Assembly: GCF_011745625.1 (NCBI RefSeq)
Contig: NW_027191463.1
Coordinates: 1-64,000 of the forward strand
Reading direction: 5' to 3'
Source of the DNA: Cladosporium halotolerans
Lineage: Eukaryota
Length of the DNA: 64,000 nt
The notes beneath the pieces were generated by a model. It was not told the origin of the DNA, ran no database searches, and saw only the letters and a program-made list of their open reading frames with translations. Each line of letters opens with the position of its first letter. Positions within the stretch are counted from its first letter, which is position 1. Below are positions 45,735 through 57,676 of this stretch, in pieces. The translations under genes were made by a program, and so were the position numbers.

Positions 45735-46492
45735 ATGGCTCCGTTCGACATGGCATCGCAGCTGGTGGATTTCAGCCAACCCAGCTTTTGGGGTACGTAG
45801 CAGCACATATTCCCATGCCTTTAACTTGCCCAGACCCACCCCTCCTCCTCCCAGCAGAAAGAAGGCCCTTCGCAAAACCAAACCAAACCAAGAAACCCAT
45901 CTCTAACACCACCCCTCTTCCCACCCCAACAGGCGCCGCAGCCTTCATAATCTTCAACCCGACCTTCTGGAACACCGCCGCGCGCACCGAGTACTCGTCC
46001 AAAACCCTCACGCGCCTCGCCGGCTCCCCGCGCCGCGGCTGCTACGCGCTGGCCATCACCATCTTCACGCTCGGCCTCGCGCGCGACTTCGTCTACGAGC
46101 GCGCGCTGCGCGCCCAGCCCTCGCACCCGCTGCTCCTGAGCCCGCTGTCGCAGGGCCTCGCCGTCGGCCTGCTGCTCAGCGGCAACGTGCTCGTCCTCAG
46201 CAGCATGTGGGCGCTGGGCGTCACGGGCACGTACCTGGGCGACTACTTTGGCATCCTGATGGACGAGATGGTCACGGGGTTTCCGTTCAATGTCTCCGGC
46301 AGCCCGATGTACCACGGGAGCACGCTGAGCTTCTTGGGCACCGCGCTGTGGTTCGGCAAGCCGGCGGGCGTGCTGCTGACGGCGCTGGTGTTCGCGGTGT
46401 ATAGTGTTGCGTTGAGGTTTGAGGATCCGTTTACGGCGGAGATTTATGCGAAGAGGGAGAGGGAGCAGAAGGCGGGGAAGAAGGGGTTATAG
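45735..46492 (+). CDS. OPI3: Phospholipid N-methyltransferase (PEMT)
   Basis: Exons 45735-45792 and 45933-46492. IIFNPTFWN..R.EY, SSMWALGVTGTYLGDYFGILMD..VTGFPFNV..PMY.GSTL, EDPFTAEIY. Confidence 0.95.
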
Positions 46493-46716
46493 GTGTTGGT
46501 TTTGGGGTGGGAGGGAGGTCATTCAACATGAGAGAGTGCCGGTCTCTGGTTTGGAGACTGTGAGGGCGACGTGGGGGATATTGGGAGGAGGGAGGACGTT
46601 GATGGTGGTGAGGTCGTTGGGGGCAAGGCCGTGAACTTGGAGGGCTGTCAAGACCGAATAGAGAAAAGATAGCTTAGAGGGAGGGCTCGTATGCCACGAA
46701 AAGTATAAGTGCATTA

Positions 46717-47061
46717 TTTCCTGTCATATCAGACAAATTCTTCGAGATAGTCTCGGCGCTCTCAGCGGGTTGATATCCGTCTGATGTGTTCCTCGGAAGA
46801 GTTTTAACTGCTTCCCAGACACAGGTCAGGCCGTAAAGCCTGCGCCTGAAAGATCTGAGAACCTCACCCGGCCTCATTCGACGAAGTCCCTTTTCCCAAT
46901 TGATTTAAGTACCGTGGGAACTTCCGGCGAGGCATGTCCCACCTCGGCTCTCGTGGCTACGGTCCGTAACCTCCAGCCGGCGCTTCCAATCACGTGGCCC
47001 TTCGCCGGTGCGGCACTTCTGTCATCGCTCATCGCGGCAACATTTCGTCCAGCACAGGATA
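46717..47061. ncRNA. Candidate structured non-coding RNA (~345 nt), family not identified
   Basis: Nested, mutually compatible stems found by eye in a convergent intergenic region (see findings). Confidence 0.45.
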
Positions 47062-47197
47062 CCAAAGAGCCTCTCAGCCACTCTCTCAGCGCCGGGAATC
47101 CCACCGCATCGCCCGATGGCCTCCCGCATCCTCCCCACCGCGGCAGCTCATCCCACAGAGCGCAAGAACCTCCCCTTAATCCAAACAACCACTCCTC

Positions 47198-47602
47198 TCA
47201 AACCTCCAACCTCCCCCTCCCAAACTCCACCCCCAACCCCCTCTTCGCCCTCTCAAACCCCTCCCACATCCTCTCCGACCCCACCGCCCTCGGCCCGGGC
47301 TTCAGATACCTCATCTGCCTGATCGCCCACTCGCGCTCGCCCCACGTCCGCACCAGGTTCTTCAGCACGCGCCGCTCGAGGCCGTCGCGCGCCGCGGCGC
47401 TCTGCAGGAAGAGGAGCGCGCGGGTCGCTTGCGCGGCGTCGTAGGGTGAGGCTGAGGGATTGGGAGGGCGGAAGGCGGCGCGCAGGCGGGCGCGGAGGAC
47501 GAGGTGTGCGTGCGGGGCGGATTTGGTCGCGGGGCGGAGGGCGCGGTGCAGGTGGCGGTAGGCGTGGAGGAGGGGGAGGGGTGGGGTGCTGGTGGGTGGC
47601 AT
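47198..47602 (-). CDS. Small LYR-like protein (DUF1763-type, probably mitochondrial)
   Basis: LLHAYRHLHRAL..LRARLRAAF..LLFLQSAA..GLERRVLKNL pattern. Confidence 0.65.
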   Translation of the reverse strand: MPPTSTPPLPLLHAYRHLHRALRPATKSAPHAHLVLRARLRAAFRPPNPSASPYDAAQATRALLFLQSAAARDGLERRVLKNLVRTWGEREWAIRQMRYLKPGPRAVGSERMWEGFERAKRGLGVEFGRGRLEV

Positions 47603-48560
47603 TGTTGTGCGGGTGGGTTTGTTTGGCTGGTTCGAATGGGACGGAACTAGGCTGTGCGCGATGCGCGCTTTGCGCGCCGGGGGGTCGACGGGAGATTTGG
47701 AGGAGCGAGAGGTTAGGTTGGTCGCACGGGGGCTGTGAGAAGCCTCTGTTGAGATTTGGTCAAGAAGAAGAAGGTGGCGCTGTTCGCTGATTCTGGGACT
47801 GCCTTGAGGGTGTGTCTGGAGGCTCTAATCTGCGAGCGACTCCGAAGTGTGACGTCTGTCGCGTGGATTTCTCCCCAACTTTGGAGCTTCACAGCGGCAG
47901 ACAGGCTGAAAACAAAAAAGGAATTGCTTACGCGGCCAACAATGACCGAGGCCCATAGTTGACGGCGTTCTAGAATGAGAGAGAACGACAAATTGAACGA
48001 CTTCATGTGATTGCCTCGGAATACCGTTTGTGATGCTACAGAAGTATTCCCAACTGACTATCCTTGGATTCCAGACCTTTGCCGGACAGGATCGCCTGAT
48101 GCCTACCACTAATCCTCAATCGTGACTTCCCCCATCGGTTACCATTTCATTCGCCCTTGCAAGTTCCTCCCCGCTGCCATAACAGTACTCCACGTCCTTC
48201 TTCCTTCAAAGCAAAATAGCAGACCATTGGGTATCTTCCTTGGATTGCTCTCCTGTGAGAACATTCATGCACGAGCAAATCACCTCCTGGGACCGATGCA
48301 TCCAGAAGGTACAAGCTCAGACTGACTGCCTTTCAGTCTCCATAATTTCGTTCATCGTTCATCGGGGCCTCCGCGCGCTCGTTGCCGTTCAATGAGCCAG
48401 CGCGGAAGTGTGCCATGCGACGCCATGCCATGTAATGCCATGCAATCCGCTCAGACATGCAAAAGAAGAAAATGCAAATGCAACCAAAAGCCGCTCGAAT
48501 CCTGCGTCACTACAAGCAAAATGCAAGTTGTTCGTCGTATCAAAAATCGTGCTGTCCGTT

Positions 48561-50826
48561 TCATCTTTGGGGGTACTGCTCGCCCGGCGGGACGGCGTAG
48601 CGCGGATAGGCTGGCGCGCCGTTCACAGGGATGTACTCGACACTCCGAGCCGGGTACGCCAGCTCGCGCGGCATCTGCTGCACAGGCGCGGGGGCGCCGT
48701 GGACTGGAAGCGGCGGAGCTGGACGGAACTGCGCAGCTGGCGCTGAAAGGGGAGGGGCGTAGTAGTCTTGTTCAGCGACGCGGCGCACATACCTGACTTC
48801 GGGTTGTTGCTGTTGGTCTGGATAGTAGGCGGGGTAGTGCACCGGCTGACAACGGCCAGGCTGGGCGGGTGAAGCGGCTTGAGGGCGGTGGGATCTGGCT
48901 TCGTCAAGGAGAGGTTGCCTTGGGTCGTATTCGGGAGCTTCTGTCTGGCGGTACCTGGGACTGTGATCCTCTCCATGCCAGGACTGACGGAATCTCTCGA
49001 CCGGGATGGGATAGGCATGCGGGTCTGCGGGCTGTACTTCACGATATGCAACGTCTCCGCTGGAGACGACGCGAATCGCCTGAGGTTGGGCCATAGGCTG
49101 ACCAGTGTGAGCCCTGCGGGGCGAGGTAAGGTCGATCATATCGGCGTCCTTGTATTCCCGTGGCACTACTCCCGTCCCCTGATCTCTAAAGCGCCTCCCA
49201 CCATTAAAGGCCGGTGGTTCTTGCGGAGAGTCTTGCGTGAGATCAACGAAATGTTGGGGTTGCACGCCCAAACGTGCCCTCTCTGGAGTAGCCGGACGAG
49301 AGTGATACTCCGTCGGCGCTCTAGAACGATGTGCGGGCGGTAGTTGCACGGTGTCATCGCGCTCGATGGACTGAATTGGGCGATCCTGGGCGACGTATGA
49401 GCCTGTCGAATAAGTATAGTGCTGAGGCGGCCTGGCTGGTACCTGTGATTTACGCATGTGGTCAGCATTTCGAATAGATTGTCGAGAACGGTCACATCTT
49501 ACTCTTTGCAGAGCCCGCCCATCGGTCCATTCTTGGTACGGAGGTCGCCCACGGTACAGTGGCTGCAAGTTAGGAGCGGGTAAACGACGGTCGTGCGTGG
49601 CAACCGCAGCTGGAATATGCATCAGACTTCTTGCATCACTGATTTTCTGCCTCGCAATATCACCTCGCTCGGCTAAAGTAAGCCTGTGCGGTCTGTGATA
49701 GCGTTGGAAGTAACGGTGATCACGCTCAGCGCCTTCTTCGGCTCTGAGGTCATCTCCTGCCGCTGGGCGGTGACTGATCTCGATACTGGTGTCGCTAACA
49801 TCGTCGGAATCGCTCGGGTCACCGCCCCTGCGTGCAGTTGGTGCCACGGCCTCGTCGTCGTCATCATCATCATCGTCGTCGTCGATGACGATGGTCTCGC
49901 GAACGATTTCTTCCAGGCCTTCGTCATCAACGCTATTCTCTCCACGCCACTCCATCAGCTTCTTAAGACAGATTGGCTCAACCTCTTTTCGAGTGTTCTT
50001 CCAATCGCCGAAGGCGTTGAGCAGAGAGTCATAGTCGGTGTAGACGTGCCTGATTCGCGCTATCGTGGCAAGCTGCACACGTCTAGCGAGAGGAACACCT
50101 TGAGCACTGCCGATTCGATCGGTACCCTTCTCCCAGGCACGGGTTACGATCTCGTCAAGATCCTTCTCGGGAATTTTCGGGAACAGCTCTTTGATCGCTC
50201 CACGGACTTGCTCAGGGGTTTCCTTGTTATCTTCGGCCAGATTATACTTCACGCCGTGTTTGGCAAGGATCTGAGCAGTTTTGCTATTCTGCTCCTCCTT
50301 CTCAAAGTCGGCAGCTTTAATGAACCCACGATGGAAAGGGACATACTGCAGTGCGGCGCAGGCTTCACGCATGACTTCAGAGCGGAAGTGATATCCAATG
50401 CGGTGGATGTGATGCGATATTTTTGCCGGGTTCAAAGCGTTGTGATTCACTGGCTGGGCCTGTGATCTGTGGTCAGTAGCATCGGGATGTACTATAAAGG
50501 AGGCAACAAACATGAACAATGTGCACGGGCAGACTACGCTTCCGTGATACTTCTTTGCACAGCTCGGCGAGATCAGGCGTGCCGACTTCCAAAAAGATGA
50601 AGCCCTTGGGTGCTTGCGTGCTGTAGGTCGTCTAGGGGAGCTGTTAGTGATGCGAACCATTTGAGACGACGACGGAGTCAAATATACTGACATTAACGTC
50701 GAGCTTTCTCTTTTTCCCGATCATCTTTTGTTGTTCAGTCTTGTAGGGTTTTTCACGCCGCTTGAGCGTAGTACGAGCGTTGGACAACACGCTTGATGCG
50801 CGCGAGGCGCCTGTTGAGGTCACCAT
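48561..50826 (-). CDS. DUF2293-domain protein
   Basis: AIKELFPKIP..RIG..PLARRVQLATIARIRHVYTDYDSLL..W. ATG at 50826, two 5' introns (~50691-50631, ~50511-50459) and a probable in-frame intron near 49500-49445; intron boundaries are approximate. Confidence 0.78.
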
Positions 50827-51493
50827 GGCGGCTGATATCACTTGTGTGGGTTAGCAGAGAAGAAAAGGAGATTTGAACACGATCTGGATTGTCGTGCTCC
50901 CCTATATGCCTAACAGGCTGGCACTAAGAAGGCCTTTGGTGGTGGGACACGGACAACCTTGGAAGTCCTAGCCACAACAAGAAGCGTCGCGGTTGTAGTC
51001 CACGCAACAGGCGTGCGTATGCGTGCTAGTTGTTTCTCCTTAAGTACGTGAAGGCGCGTTAGAATAAGGCAACGCAGTGCGATGCAATATCAAAGCGTGT
51101 TTGTTTGTGTTGACGACAAAACGGAGGCGGCTGCCTCGAGTCCTTCCACTTTGCAGGTGCGGTGAATGGTTACCTCGATCCCAGAGTCCAGCGGGACATG
51201 CACAGTGTGACAGTATCCTACGCCCAAGTCACGACGGAGTACCTGATGAGCAAATCATGTTCGCTCGTGGGTACCTGGTGTTGACTGTGGGTTATGTGTG
51301 AGATGGTAAGAATCTCGAGGTGTTGCGAGGAAGGACGCGGGATTATATGCGTGACGCTTCCCGAAGTGGCGGTCGCGGCCTAAGCCGAGATTATTCCGGG
51401 CAGGCCGCGGCTTTGGAAAAAGTCGAGGCAAAGTCCAGGTGCTTGAAGCGTGAGCAGCAGTGACCATTTAGTCTACGCGCACCGCTCAGCACT

Positions 51494-53380
51494 ATGGCGA
51501 AAAAGAGAAAGGCCTCCAGCCGCGGCAATGAGGAGCCCAAGGGCCCGAATATGGATGTTGGCGACTCGCGAAAGCGCATCCGGACGTACGAAGATGTCGC
51601 GGACTCCGACGATGAATTCCATCTGAACAAGGACAAAGTTCTCCTGGACGAGCAGCCCGATATCAAGCGAAGACGAAAACAGCAGGAGGATGAAGATTTT
51701 CTCAACCAGTCTGACGAGGAGGTGCTTGGGCAGTCCGATTCAGAGGATGAGGACGACTATGAAAGCGCGGAAGAGCATCAAGATGCTGGCTCCCAGTCTG
51801 GCGGCGAAGGAGAAGAGGACGAGGACGAGGAGGGCTGGGGGACTACAAAAGACGCTCTTTATGGTGCCGACGCTATCGAGACTGAGGAGCAAGCTCTGGA
51901 AGAGGAGGCTGAGGCGTTGCGCTTGCAAAAGAAGCAGCTACAGGCTATGTCTGCCGCCGACTACGGCTTTGATGAATCCGAGTGGCAAGACGACACCGAG
52001 GCAGATAAGGCTAAAGATGCGGCAACGGTGACTGAGGTATTGCCTCAGCTTGAAATCGCAAAGGACATGCCGCCGGCCGAGCGCCTCAAGCTGCTCAAGA
52101 CGAGATACCCGGAATTCGAACCTCTCAGCAAAGAACTTCTAGAACTGAGAGAGGTGCACAACCAATTACTGGACGCCGCCAAGGAGGCCACAGCGACAGC
52201 ATTGCCTTACGTGCCGAATGCAGTTACCAAACTGAGAGCAGCGTCCGCTTACATCGGCACTCTCACGATGTACTTTGCACTCCTCACCTCGACCGCTTCC
52301 AAGGATCAAGATAATGCGACCGCCCTCGCGCCCAGCCAGCTGCGCGACCATCCTGTCATGGAAAGCCTCATGCAGTGCAGAGACCTCTGGCAACGTGCAA
52401 GCGTCCTCCCCGAGGATCCCACAGCCGCCGAGATCGAAGAAGCTCTTGCGAGCGGAGAAGACGACATCGACGAGTCAGCCGACGAGGAAGCCGAAGCCGC
52501 CCCTCGACTCAACCGAAAGCAGCGCAAAGCCCTCAGCCGCGCACAGAAGAACGGCAGCGCAACCAGCGCAGCAGCCGAGAAGCGCAAGGCCGAGCGTCTC
52601 CAGCGTGCAGAGGCTGGCTTCGCAGACCTCGATGCCCTCGTCGGCGCTGCCGGCTCCAAGCGCTCCAAGCCCAAGACCCTGCCGCGCGCACAGGATGACG
52701 ACTCCGACCTGGGCGAGGAGGCGCCGCTCACGGCACAGGAGGCCGCGGAGAAGGCCAAGAAGAAGAAGAGCTTGCGTTTCTACACCAGCCAAATCGCACA
52801 GAAGGCCAACAAGCGCGGCGCCGCGGGCCGCGACGCTGGCGGCGATGAAGACGTCCCTCACCGCGAGCGACTGCGCGACCGACAGGCTCGCCTCAACGCC
52901 GAAGCGGAGAAGCGCGGACGCAGGCCCGGCGGCGACGGCGAAGGCGCGGATCTGGGCGGCAACAGCGACGACGAGGACGCGGCGCAGGCGCGGCAGATCC
53001 GCGATGCGGCGGACGAGGACGCCGACGGCTACTACGACATGGTGGCGTCGAAGACGGCGCGCAAGAAGAGCGACAAGGCGGCGTTCGCAGAGGCGCAGAA
53101 GCAGGCTGCGCTGCAGGGCGGCGAAGTGGTGCAGCAGGAGACGGTGGGCGAGGATGGCAAGCGCAAGATCAGCTATGCGATCGAGAAGAACAAGGGCCTG
53201 ACGCCGTTCCGCAAGAAGGACGCGCGCAACCCGCGTGTCAAGAAGCGCAAGAAGTACGACGAGAAGAAGAAGAAGCTGGCGTCGATCAAGCCGGTGTACA
53301 AGGGCGGCGAGGGCAGAGGTGGATACGGTGGCGAGTTGACCGGTATCAAGAAGGGCTTGGTCAAGAGCACGAAGTTGTGA
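51494..53380 (+). CDS. SAS10: SSU processome component Sas10/Utp3
   Basis: Acidic N-terminus, DHPVMESL, C-terminal KRKISYAIEKNKGLTP.RKK..RNPRVKKRKKY..YGGELTGIK..LVKSTKL. Confidence 0.95.
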   Translation: MAKKRKASSRGNEEPKGPNMDVGDSRKRIRTYEDVADSDDEFHLNKDKVLLDEQPDIKRRRKQQEDEDFLNQSDEEVLGQSDSEDEDDYESAEEHQDAGSQSGGEGEEDEDEEGWGTTKDALYGADAIETEEQALEEEAEALRLQKKQLQAMSAADYGFDESEWQDDTEADKAKDAATVTEVLPQLEIAKDMPPAERLKLLKTRYPEFEPLSKELLELREVHNQLLDAAKEATATALPYVPNAVTKLRAASAYIGTLTMYFALLTSTASKDQDNATALAPSQLRDHPVMESLMQCRDLWQRASVLPEDPTAAEIEEALASGEDDIDESADEEAEAAPRLNRKQRKALSRAQKNGSATSAAAEKRKAERLQRAEAGFADLDALVGAAGSKRSKPKTLPRAQDDDSDLGEEAPLTAQEAAEKAKKKKSLRFYTSQIAQKANKRGAAGRDAGGDEDVPHRERLRDRQARLNAEAEKRGRRPGGDGEGADLGGNSDDEDAAQARQIRDAADEDADGYYDMVASKTARKKSDKAAFAEAQKQAALQGGEVVQQETVGEDGKRKISYAIEKNKGLTPFRKKDARNPRVKKRKKYDEKKKKLASIKPVYKGGEGRGGYGGELTGIKKGLVKSTKL

Positions 53381-54167
53381 GCCAGGTTTCGTTTAGCTGC
53401 ACATCACTTGCGAGCCAGCCACGTGGTTTCCACGCAGATGTATCTTTAGATCTACTAGGCGAGAGATCAGCGGACTTGAGGGTCTGCTCCATCACGTATC
53501 CACACCTATTCCTTGCGTGCATCAAATTCGGGCGAGAGGTGTCACTTTTGCGTTGAGTGGATTGTAGCAAAGATTGGTTTATTATTGTGTTGTCCGCACT
53601 CCTTGCCTGCAGCCAGAGCAGACGGATGGCACTCCGGCGATGTCATTTCCCTCCTCAGGAGTTGGCTGAAGAAAGCATAAAAAGAAGCATATCTTGATCA
53701 CCTGACGCAACGCAATTATCCACGACGATCTTCGCTGCAAGAGATGCCGCAAAAGAGACAAAAAACTTGCGGCCGGGCGTCCTGCAGACAGTCGATCACG
53801 ACATCAGTGGCTTCGGTGTCGTCAACCCAACCCTGGCTCCCACACCCGCTCCCCACCCAAGCGTGCGGGACAGGCGCATGCGGATGCTTAGCGGGACGGT
53901 GGATTGGCAGAGGCTGCGCCGCCAAGTCGCCACCCACTTGGCCCACGAAATGGCAGCGGTCAGCGAAGGCTTGACTGCGAGTCTTGGTCGCCGCAAGCTC
54001 ACGCCCAGCCTCGCCTTGGGACGGAGAGCACTTGCACCTCTCTGCAGAGTATACCTAAGCCCTATGCATACCTACGACGGGCGATGCGGCGCCACGGAGC
54101 CTCCGCAAGCTGTCAACGCACGACTCCACCGGCGCTCCACGTGAAATAGAATGCGCTTTAGTCAGGC

Positions 54168-54203
54168 CTGCGAGCCAGACTGCGAGCCAGACACGCCAGA
54201 CTG
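54168..54203 (+). repeat. Short direct repeat (CTGCGAGCCAGA)2 plus a partial copy in the permease promoter
   Basis: Read directly from the sequence. Confidence 0.6.
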
Positions 54204-54732
54204 TTCGCGCAGGCCTCGCGGAGACGATCACCTGCCGCGTAGGCTCCGGCTATAAGTGCTAGCACCGAAGGCTCGCGCCTCAACGGGCAAGCCAGCCAGA
54301 GATGCGAGATGCGCCTCCGCCAATCGCGCCCGCGCTGCGCTCGCCCACCACCGCAGCCCATTGGCCTCTCGCGTGCCGTGCGGTCTTCAGTACGTCAGTT
54401 GCACGCAGCTTCGGTGTCGCCTCCCGCTGTCCACTTATCACCTACGCCGGGGTAATAGCAGCGTTAGCCTCGAGGTAAGCCCTTCGGCCACGCCTAGCTC
54501 CATCCTCAGCCAGTCTGCCGATCCGCTTTATATTATCATCCTCTCGTCGCATTTGCCCCCCGCCCGCTCTTCTCTGCCACCCACTCCTGTCCGTTTTTGT
54601 TGGACGCTTCACCCCTCGACCCAGACACGGGACACCTGCACTCCATCTGCAGTCAATGCTACCTGGGATCACCGGCGACCAGTTCGACCTTTACTTCACC
54701 GGAGTCCTCATCCGCTCCATCCGTTCGATAAA

Positions 54733-56528
54733 ATGGCGTTAGGCTTCTTGAGCAAGAAGGCGAGCGACAGCTCGAGCCCTGCACCTTCTACAGAGAAAGC
54801 CAACCCCGAGTTCGGCAAGGGTTATTACGGAGACTATGCCGCCAACCAGTCTACTGCCGAGAATGGCGGCAAGAAACCGCGCAGAAAGATGAATCGAATC
54901 GACAAGCCGGTCACCAAGTCGATCTCTGGCGACCTGGCTACTGCGGACGACTCGACCGATGCCAGTGATGCCATTGGGAAGCAGATGGAAATGGAGGCCG
55001 GCAATGCTATCAAGTACAGGACTTGTTCATGGCAAAAGGTATGATATCCCAGCCCGTCCTTAATTCTGCGCCATTCGGCGAGGACGATCTTGCTAGACCT
55101 TGCGGTGTTGCATTCTGCGAGCCTACTGCTCTCGTTGCAACCGAATAGACGCATCCGGGACGATTTCTGAACTCATTTTGATCAAATCTAACATTTCGCC
55201 AGACTGCGGCCCTCTTGTTCTCCGAGTACATTTGCTTGGCCATCATGTCGTTCCCGTACTCGTACTCTGTCCTCGGCTTAGTACCAGGCATCATCCTCAC
55301 GATCGTTGTCGCTTCCCTGGTCTATTACACTTCTATGACAACTTGGTGAGTTTGCATCTAAATTGAGTGTTGATTCATCTATTGACTCCATCGCAGGGAG
55401 TTCTGCATGAGACATCCCGAAGTCAAGGACGTCTGTGACATCGGTCAAATGCTTTTCTGGGGCCAAAGATGGGCGTGGTATTTCACCGCGGTTATGTTCC
55501 TGTTGAACAACACCTTTATCATGGGCTTCCACTGCCTGACAGGTGCCAAATACCTGAACACCATGTCAAGCCACGGCCTTTGCACCATTGGATTCAGCGC
55601 TATCGTCGGCGTCGTGTCCTGGTTCTGCTCGCTTCCGCGTACCTTCAGCGCGCTTGCACACATCGCAACCTTCTCGGCCCTCTTCACCTTCGTCTCCGTC
55701 ATGCTGGCCACCATCTTCGCTGGCATCGAAGACCACCCCGGTGCCGGCTACCCTTCCATGGGTGAGCCGACCTGGCTCGTTGTCGCGACCGAAGGCACCA
55801 CCTTCGTGGCCGGCATGAACGCTTTCATGAACATCAGCTACACCTTCATTGGCCAAATCACCCTCCCCTCCTTCATCGCTGAGATGAAAGAGCCCAACGA
55901 CTTCCCCAAGGCCCTGCGCGTCGTCACCATTGCCGAAGTTATCGTCTTCACCCTCGTCGGCTCCATCATCTACGTCTACACCGGCACCCAGTACAACACC
56001 GCCCCCGCCTTCGGCTCCCTCGGCAACGAGACCTACCTCAAGGTCAGCTTCAGCTTCATGATCCCGACCATCATCTTCCTCGGCGTGCTCTACGCCTCCG
56101 TCTCCGCCCGCTTCCTCTTCTTCCGCTTCTTCTCTGGCACCCACCACCTGAGCAACCACACCCTCGTCGGCTGGATCAGCTGGGCCGCCATCCTCGCCGT
56201 CCTCTGGACCTTCGCTTTCATCATCGCCGAGGTCATCCCCTTCTTCTCCGACCTCCTGTCTCTCATGAGCTCGCTCTTCGACTCCTTCTTCGGCTTCATC
56301 TTCTGGGGCCTCGCGTACCTGCGCATGCGCCGCGCGGACTACGGCGCGAAGTTCTGGCAGGCCAGAGGGTTCAGGAGCTGGTTCGGCGCGATCTTCAATG
56401 TCTTTCTGATGGTGGTGGGGCTTTTGTTCCTGGGACCTGGAACTTATGCTTCCGTCGCGAGTATCATTATGGGCTACCAGAGCGATACTTTCGGAGGCGC
56501 GTTCTCGTGTGCCGATAACGGCTTGTGA
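54733..56528 (+). CDS. Neutral amino-acid permease (Aa_trans/AAAP family, Neurospora Mtr-like)
   Basis: Exons 54733-55038, 55203-55345 and 55397-56528. IKYRTCSWQKTAALLFSEYICLAIMSFP, YTFIGQITLPSFIAEMK.P.DF.KAL, AEVIPFFSDLLSL; multiple TM segments. Confidence 0.93.
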
Positions 56529-57676
56529 AAGACTTGAGTAATTCCTGAGAATCTGGCGGATGATGTAGAAAAGCTGGATTAAGACTTGTTTTGGATATGC
56601 ATGGCGTGGCTTTTCTGATTAGATGCTTGTCGGTCGACAGGAGCGATACGTTTCGTGGAATAGCCGGGCGTCTTTATTTGGAACATCTATAGGCTTGTCA
56701 TGAATACGAAGAGACGACCTCAATCAAGAAATCTCAAAATTCACACGTTCGTGCCTATCATCTCCTTAGAATAACCGTTTCTGCTTGCGTTCGTTGGTGT
56801 GTAAGCACACTGCAGCCTGTCAAATCATCCAAGCCTCCTCAAGTTGAAAGATGAAGCGCAACGATCCGGCGAACACCGGGACAACTGCACATTTTGTCAG
56901 GCACTTCTCGCCATAATCCTCTCTCATTCGCACAATGTATTTGCTTTTACACACAATGCACACAACTGCAGGCCCCAAAACGCAAAAACCAGAGCGTGCA
57001 GACCGACCACTGCGAGGAGCACTTCTGAAGCACCGTACCCCAACCCTAACCCTTCAATCAACCGTCCCCGACTTTCCCAACCCTCCGTCCTCGTCGTCAA
57101 TGCATTCTTGCAGATCAGAGCGTTCCCGCAAGTTGGGTTTAAAACCCCCACGACACGTCTCGACTTCGAGCTGAGGTTCTCTTCTCACGAACCCCCCCGC
57201 TCGTGGCGCGGAAAAAACGTGAACGGATTCAAGGGATGCCATGTGATGAATTCAGATCATGGCGATTGATGTTTCGTAACTTGATATTGTTGACAGCGCT
57301 ACAGCTACACTGGGCTCTGCGGCCCGACCTCTCTAGCTAAACCCACGCACCGGCTCTCTCACCTCCGCCCTCCCGCCGCAGCAGCAAAAGCGCCCGGCCC
57401 ATCGTGCACGCCAGGAAAGGTCGGCACGCCTTGCGGGCTGTCGTGGCCGAAACCCGAGAAGATTCTAGGGCCTGAGGCGAAGCGCGACTGGCTCAGCGTC
57501 GAGAGTGGAAAGCTGGGACTAAGCGGCGCGCCGGCGTCGGCGTCATTGGAGAACACGGAACTGGTCGGCGCGGAGACGACGTGTGGACTATTGTTCGCGT
57601 CCGCGGCCGGAAACCTGAGAGGCTCCCCCGCTAGCATCTCATCCTCCTCGCCGAGTTCCCCCTCCTCCAAGCCATT

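Noticed and set aside
14756..46492. General UAG reassignment in this genome
   Set aside because: hmgA, cpcA, DPB4 and OPI3 end at UAG at their expected C-termini with only short or non-protein-like frames behind, so any readthrough would be gene-specific.
57041..57052. CAACCCTAACCC telomere-like run
   Set aside because: Only two units, within a C/A-rich 3' region; probably chance.
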